Source: a virus (Duplodnaviria; Caudoviricetes). From it: DNA of 38,550 bases. The stretch spans positions 1-38,550 of the IMG/VR virus record IMGVR_UViG_3300020045_005743; one strand, 5' to 3'. The translations under genes and the position numbers were made by a program. The notes beneath the pieces were generated by a model that saw only the letters and a list, made by a program, of their open reading frames with translations, was not told where the DNA came from and did not search any database. Of the stretch, positions 33,859 to 38,550 are shown in pieces. Positions within the stretch are counted from its first letter, which is position 1, and every line of letters starts with the position of its first letter.

Positions 33859-34433
33859 AACAGATAGACGGCCTTTGGTGGCCTGATTTTGACGTTCGCT
33901 GCCGTAATGCGGTGGTGACTGAGTGCGCCGCTGCTATGCCCGTCGTTTTGCCGCTGGTGAAGGAAAAGCGGGTGTGCGTCCAAGCGGGCGGGAATGTCGG
34001 CGTCTATCCTCTCGCGCTGGCCAAGGTGTTTGATCGGGTCATCACGTTTGAGCCTGATACAGACAACCTCGATTGTCTGGTGCAGAACGTCACGGCAGAC
34101 AATGTGACGATCTACTATGCTGCGCTAGGCGCTGAGGTCGGGACGTGCGGCGTCCTTCGCATCGACACGGACAACTGCGGGTCTCACAAGACGCTTCCGG
34201 GTACGGCTGTGCCGGTCCTGACAATCGACGGCCTCAACCTCGATCAGTGCGATTTGATCTGGCTGGACATTGAAGGAGCGGAAGCGCAAGCGATTGACGG
34301 AGCGAGGGCGACAATCGAGAAGTTTTCGCCTATCATAGTGCTTGAAGAGAAAGGGCTTGGCTCAAAAGCCGACTTGCCCGGTTATTCTCGCCTTATGCGT
34401 ATTGGAAACGACACTGTGTATCGGAGGACATAG
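33855..34433 (+). CDS. FkbM-family SAM-dependent methyltransferase
   Basis: VQAGGNVG...FEPD...AALG...IDGL...LDIEGAE. Confidence 0.85.
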   Translation: MKQIDGLWWPDFDVRCRNAVVTECAAAMPVVLPLVKEKRVCVQAGGNVGVYPLALAKVFDRVITFEPDTDNLDCLVQNVTADNVTIYYAALGAEVGTCGVLRIDTDNCGSHKTLPGTAVPVLTIDGLNLDQCDLIWLDIEGAEAQAIDGARATIEKFSPIIVLEEKGLGSKADLPGYSRLMRIGNDTVYRRT

Positions 34434-34955
34434 ATGGATTATGTAGCGCCAGACGGACGGGATCGGATCATCCCCCGTTTCCACATCAAGCCGGTTCGGG
34501 ACAACTTCCAATCGGAGAAGCAGGGCCGTGAGGTCTGGAATGACGTTGAGTACGTCGAACTGATCGTTCCGGGCGATAACAAGAATATCGTTGATGTGGC
34601 CGTGAAGGACGAACACCGCGACCGCTGGCCGACGAAATACGCCGCGTTTAAAGCCAACATGGAAGCGCCTGAGACGGGTACGCCGCTGGACGAATGGGCG
34701 GGTGTGGGCCGCAGTCAGGTCATCGAGCTTAACAGCGTCCACATTCGCACCGTGGAGGCTCTTGCGGGCCTCTCTGACAGCCAACTTGCCAAATGCGTTC
34801 CTATGGGTGGCCAAGCCCTTCGCGCTAAGGCGCAGCGGTTCCTAGAGCAAACCGAGGCTGAAAAGCCCCTTGCCGAAATGACGCAGCGCATCCGCGAGCT
34901 TGAGGAAAAGCTGACGGCGGCTCTTGAGGCTAAAGCAGATAAGGAAGCGGCATGA
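34434..34955 (+). CDS. Conserved hypothetical protein (HhH-like IRTVEALA)
   Basis: GGAGGA RBS; located in the head-tail region. Confidence 0.7.
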   Translation: MDYVAPDGRDRIIPRFHIKPVRDNFQSEKQGREVWNDVEYVELIVPGDNKNIVDVAVKDEHRDRWPTKYAAFKANMEAPETGTPLDEWAGVGRSQVIELNSVHIRTVEALAGLSDSQLAKCVPMGGQALRAKAQRFLEQTEAEKPLAEMTQRIRELEEKLTAALEAKADKEAA

Positions 34956-35248
34956 GCGGTCTGGAACGTGACGTGATGTACAAGCCCGGCGCTTGCTTCT
35001 TCAAGGAAGGCAAGTTCCTCATGTTCCGCTATCAGGCGGATTCGTCCTCGGTCATCGGCCCGCGTGTGGCGACTGAGGCTGACAAGAAGGCCCATGCTTT
35101 CGAGTATGAGCAATATCTGGCGGATGCGTTCAATCACGCGCCGCTGGAAGCCTTTGACCATGACGACAACGGGGAGCCGGGAGGGGCTGCTGCACTTATT
35201 GAAAACCCTCCGACGCCTAAGAAGCGCGGACGCCCTCCGAAAGCCTAA
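34952..35248 (+). CDS. Hypothetical protein with C-terminal KKRGRPPK (AT-hook-like)
   Basis: Coupled ORF. Confidence 0.6.
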   Translation: MSGLERDVMYKPGACFFKEGKFLMFRYQADSSSVIGPRVATEADKKAHAFEYEQYLADAFNHAPLEAFDHDDNGEPGGAAALIENPPTPKKRGRPPKA

Positions 35249-35251
35249 GAC

Positions 35252-35953
35252 ATGGCCGATCTGCTCTCTATCGTTCAGCGCGCTTGCCGCCTGCTTTCCA
35301 TTCCGGTCCCTACGGAAGTCGTCGCATCGACTGACACTCAGGTCCAGCAACTTTATGCGCTGGCCAATGAGGAAGGCGACGAACTGGCGGGAGCGTATGA
35401 TTGGCAGATTATGCGTCGGCAGCATTTGTTCGACACGATAGCGAGCGCGGTTCAGTCCAGCGCCATCCCGTCAGACCTTGACCACTTCATCGCTAACTCG
35501 TTCTTCAACCGAACGACCATGCGTTACATGTACGGCCCGATTACGCCGCAGGAATGGCAGGCAATTCAAGCGCAGCCCCAACTCAATCGCGTGTTCCTCG
35601 CCTTCGTTGAGCGGGACGGGCAGTTTCTGGTTACGCCCACGCCGGGCGCTGGCCAGACCATCGCTTACGAGTACATCACGACGCATTGGGCGAAGTCAGC
35701 AGCAGGAGTCCCGCAACGTGAGTTTCTGGCGGATACGGACGAGACGTATCTCGATGACAAGTTGTTCCCGCTTGGCCTTCGGTGGCGGTTCCTGAAGTCA
35801 AAGGGCCTCGATTATAGCGAGGACTTCCGCACCTATCAGAGCGAGAAGACGCAGCGCATGGCCCGTGATGGCGGCAACACCATCATCGACTCGACCGGCG
35901 GAAACTACTACGGATGGGCCACTAACATCCAAATGGGCGGTTTCCCCGGATGA
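35252..35953 (+). CDS. Head-tail adaptor (tail tubular protein A-like)
   Basis: LLSIVQRAC..L...LANEEG..L...W motif; LGLRWRF...KGLDY. Confidence 0.75.
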   Translation: MADLLSIVQRACRLLSIPVPTEVVASTDTQVQQLYALANEEGDELAGAYDWQIMRRQHLFDTIASAVQSSAIPSDLDHFIANSFFNRTTMRYMYGPITPQEWQAIQAQPQLNRVFLAFVERDGQFLVTPTPGAGQTIAYEYITTHWAKSAAGVPQREFLADTDETYLDDKLFPLGLRWRFLKSKGLDYSEDFRTYQSEKTQRMARDGGNTIIDSTGGNYYGWATNIQMGGFPG

Positions 35954-36144
35954 TCTTGTTTGTGACCATCGCTGACACAAAGAATCAGGAAACGCAGCGC
36001 AAGAAAATCAACGCGCTGTTTGAGGCTTACGCGCCGGGTTACGGGTCGGCGCTTCCTGACGTTGCGGATAGCCCTGAAGGCCGTCTGTTCTACATCGGCT
36101 CGCAAGGTTATCAGAATCGTTCCGGAGCTTGGGTGGCGCTATGA
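35950..36144 (+). CDS. Small hypothetical virion protein
   Basis: Coupled at both ends. Confidence 0.55.
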   Translation: MILFVTIADTKNQETQRKKINALFEAYAPGYGSALPDVADSPEGRLFYIGSQGYQNRSGAWVAL

Positions 36145-37829
36145 GGCAACCAGCACAACGATACGGTCGCCAGCCGCTTCAACCTGTATATCAGCAGCGG
36201 GTTTCGATTGGTCGCGCTATTCCGGCTCCGGTGGGTGGCTGGGATGCACAATCTCCACTGGCCAACATGCCGCCTGAGAACGCGGTGACCCTCGACAATT
36301 TCATTCCCCGCGCTGGTTATGTGGAGCTGCGTAAGGGGTTTGTGCCGTGGCAAGAGGGCCTTCCGCTCCCGACTGAGACAATCATGGTCTGGCGCGGCCA
36401 TGTGTCATCGACGGCGGATGATATTTTCGCGGCGTGTGGTGGGTCGATCTACGACGTAAGCAACCAGAACGATGCGCCGGTCGAGGTCTTCACCGGGGCG
36501 GGAAATCCCCGTTGGCAATGGGTCAACTTCGCTAACGATGCGGGGACGTTCCTGATCGCGGCTAATGGGGCTTCGGCCCCGATCTATTACAACGGAACCA
36601 GCTTTACCACGACGGCTATTACGGGAACGGCTGGCATCATCACGCTTGATCCGCGCACGTTGGTTGACGTGATGGACCACAAGGGCCGCTTGTTCTTTGT
36701 GCAGGAAAACAGCCTGCGGGTCTGGTTCCTTGAGCCGTTTGCCATTCAAGGCGAGGCCAATCTGCTTGATCTAGGCCCCATCTTTGACAAGGGCGGTTCG
36801 ATCCTTTGCCAAGCCACTTGGACGCTGGACGGTGGGTCAGGCGCGGATGATTTGGCGGTGTTCGTCACCACACAGGGTCAGGTCGCGGTGTATCAGGGTC
36901 TTGACCCTTCGGATGCGAACAACTGGGCATTGGTCGGGGTGTATGACCTTGGCCTTCCGCTCTCGCGCCGGTCGCTCATCAAGTATGGCTCCGACCTTGT
37001 CCTACTGACTACGGACGGCGTTGTTCCTCTCTCGCAAGCCCTGAAGCTGGACCGCGCACAAGAGAACCTTGTGGCCTTGACGCAGCGCATCCAGAACGCG
37101 TTTCAGCAAGCAACGCAGCGTTATCGCGGCAACTTCGGATGGGAAGGGACGCTTTACCCCAAGGGGACACTGGCGGTCTTCAACGTCCCGACGGCCAGTC
37201 TGACTCGGTCAGAGCAGTATGTGCAAAATGTCCAGACGGGCGCATGGTGTCGGTTTACGGGCATTGATGCGTTTTGTTGGGCCGTGGCCAACGATCAGAT
37301 GTACTTTGGCGCGGCTGACTCGGTCTGTCTTTGGGACACCGGGTATGCGGATAATACGGCTGGCATCGTCGGAGATATTAAAACGGCGTTCAACTACTTC
37401 GGCTCGCGAGGAAGCCTGAAGAAGTTTGAAATGCTGCAACCCGTCCTCCGCATTGCGGGCGATCTGGCCCCGGCAGTCGAGATTGTAACGGACTTCAAAG
37501 AGGCGGTTCCAACTGCGGTTCCGACGACTATCACCACAACGGGCGGTCGATGGGACACGGGCTTGTGGGATGTTGCCTTGTGGGCGCCAAGCACTCAGAC
37601 GCGGGATAGCTGGACGAGCGTTACCGGGATTGGCTACTGCGGCGCTGTAAGGCTCCGGGTCATGCCTACGCCGGTCCTCTACGTTGACTTAGCGGTCGAT
37701 GACGAGGAGGTCGTTTCTTACGACGGCGACGGGATTGTTGCGGTTCAATCGGCGCGCAACACGAATGCCCCGTGCGAAATCATCGCCTTCAACGTGAAGT
37801 ACCAGAACCAGACGGGCGGGCAGTTGTAA
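36141..37829 (+). CDS. Tail nozzle / DNA stabilization protein (P22 gp10/tubular protein B-like)
   Basis: PAPVGGWDA...NF.P; beta-propeller-like; WDTGLWD motif. Confidence 0.78.
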   Translation: MRQPAQRYGRQPLQPVYQQRVSIGRAIPAPVGGWDAQSPLANMPPENAVTLDNFIPRAGYVELRKGFVPWQEGLPLPTETIMVWRGHVSSTADDIFAACGGSIYDVSNQNDAPVEVFTGAGNPRWQWVNFANDAGTFLIAANGASAPIYYNGTSFTTTAITGTAGIITLDPRTLVDVMDHKGRLFFVQENSLRVWFLEPFAIQGEANLLDLGPIFDKGGSILCQATWTLDGGSGADDLAVFVTTQGQVAVYQGLDPSDANNWALVGVYDLGLPLSRRSLIKYGSDLVLLTTDGVVPLSQALKLDRAQENLVALTQRIQNAFQQATQRYRGNFGWEGTLYPKGTLAVFNVPTASLTRSEQYVQNVQTGAWCRFTGIDAFCWAVANDQMYFGAADSVCLWDTGYADNTAGIVGDIKTAFNYFGSRGSLKKFEMLQPVLRIAGDLAPAVEIVTDFKEAVPTAVPTTITTTGGRWDTGLWDVALWAPSTQTRDSWTSVTGIGYCGAVRLRVMPTPVLYVDLAVDDEEVVSYDGDGIVAVQSARNTNAPCEIIAFNVKYQNQTGGQL

Positions 37830-37830
37830 G

Positions 37831-37911
37831 GTTCGCGGTGGGGGACCAGACCGACAGTCCAGCACTCCCCCCGTCGCCGTCGCGAGCGGACGCAGCAAAA
37901 GCTACCGCGAC
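37831..37911 (+). ncRNA. Candidate structured RNA leader
   Basis: Closing stem TCGCGGTGG/CTACCGCGA enclosing GGGA/TCCC and a GCGA-tetraloop hairpin; ends 3 nt before a GGAGGA RBS. Confidence 0.4.
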
Positions 37912-37926
37912 TTTGGAGGAAGCGCA

Positions 37927-38394
37927 ATGAGATTGGTAAGCGGCCCGTTCTCCCCTCTCGTCGCTCAATGGGTAGCGGACCAGATCGGACATGGACTGGA
38001 CTGGGGGCCATGCGAGGCTATCGGGGTTGTCGATAAGCACGATAATCTCATAGGCGGCGTCGTATTCAATCAGTATCAGCCCCAATATCGCAACATAGAG
38101 GTCAGTTTTGCCGCTATTCGGCCTGACTGGTTGACGCCTCGCCTTGTTACGGGCATCATGCGTTACGCATTCGATCAACTCGAATGCAATCGGATCACCA
38201 GCCTGACGCCAAAGAAGTTGCGTCGCGCTCGCCAGTTCCTCCAAAAGTTTGGCTTCAAACATGAGGGAACAGTTAGGGCGGGGTATGGTGACGATGACTG
38301 TATCATTTCCGGCCTTCTGGCGAGCGAGTGGCGAACCCACCGCTTCAACAAAGGCCGCGTAAATGTCGAAACCAAAGCCTCCGGCAGCCCCTGA
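37927..38394 (+). CDS. GNAT-family acetyltransferase (virion-region, T7 gp13/DUF2824-like position)
   Basis: YAFDQLECNRI...FLQKFGFKHEG..R. Confidence 0.8.
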   Translation: MRLVSGPFSPLVAQWVADQIGHGLDWGPCEAIGVVDKHDNLIGGVVFNQYQPQYRNIEVSFAAIRPDWLTPRLVTGIMRYAFDQLECNRITSLTPKKLRRARQFLQKFGFKHEGTVRAGYGDDDCIISGLLASEWRTHRFNKGRVNVETKASGSP

Positions 38395-38550
38395 CCCCGT
38401 CCAGCTTGCGAACGCTCAAGGCGCGGCAAACACCGCGACGGCTCAAGAGCAGCAGCGACTAAACATGGTCAATACCAGCGGGCCTCAAGGGTCTGTTCGG
38501 TATGTGGCTGACCCGTCTGCGCCCGGTGGCTACCGCCAAGAAACCTCCCT
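38363..38550 (+). CDS. First ejection/pilot protein, 3'-truncated
   Basis: MSKPKPPAAPDPVQLANAQGAANTATA...; open to the end of the window. Confidence 0.65.
   Translation, partial: MSKPKPPAAPDPVQLANAQGAANTATAQEQQRLNMVNTSGPQGSVRYVADPSAPGGYRQETS

Noticed and set aside
1-38550. CtrA boxes (TTAA-N7-TTAA), tRNAs, CRISPR arrays, DGR/reverse transcriptase, integrase
   Set aside because: None seen on manual inspection; degenerate sites cannot be excluded without a scan.

Overview
The window is a near-complete, circularly permuted genome of a GC-rich, short-tailed (podovirus-like) dsDNA phage. The host is probably an alphaproteobacterium (Caulobacteraceae-like; inferred from the GcrA-like and DnaA-domain-IV genes and a suhB/alpha-r8-like sRNA). 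Both ends break inside ejection-protein genes. Gene order: ejection proteins, tail fibre, tailspike and lysis cassette (+, 1-9.4 kb); a leftward arm of small accessory genes, replication initiator with internal iterons, DNA MTase, HNH and VRR-NUC (-, 9.4-18.3 kb); a divergent promoter pair; a rightward arm with ERF/SSB/NinB, HNH, terminase, portal, scaffold, capsid, a glycosyltransferase/methyltransferase cassette, adaptor, nozzle and GNAT (+, 18.4-38.5 kb). I found no integrase, CI-type repressor, tRNA or CRISPR array. Best leads: (1) two tandem counter-transcribed sRNAs upstream of the replication gene, one covering the RBS of an 18-aa leader peptide coupled to rep, the other carrying an anti-SD loop complementary to several phage RBSs; (2) a GT-A/Maf-like fusion plus FkbM cassette inside the head operon, a candidate virion-glycosylation system; (3) three copies of a promoter-leader cassette; (4) a GNAT domain apparently inserted into an ejection protein. 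All family calls come from motif recognition by eye, with no database searches.
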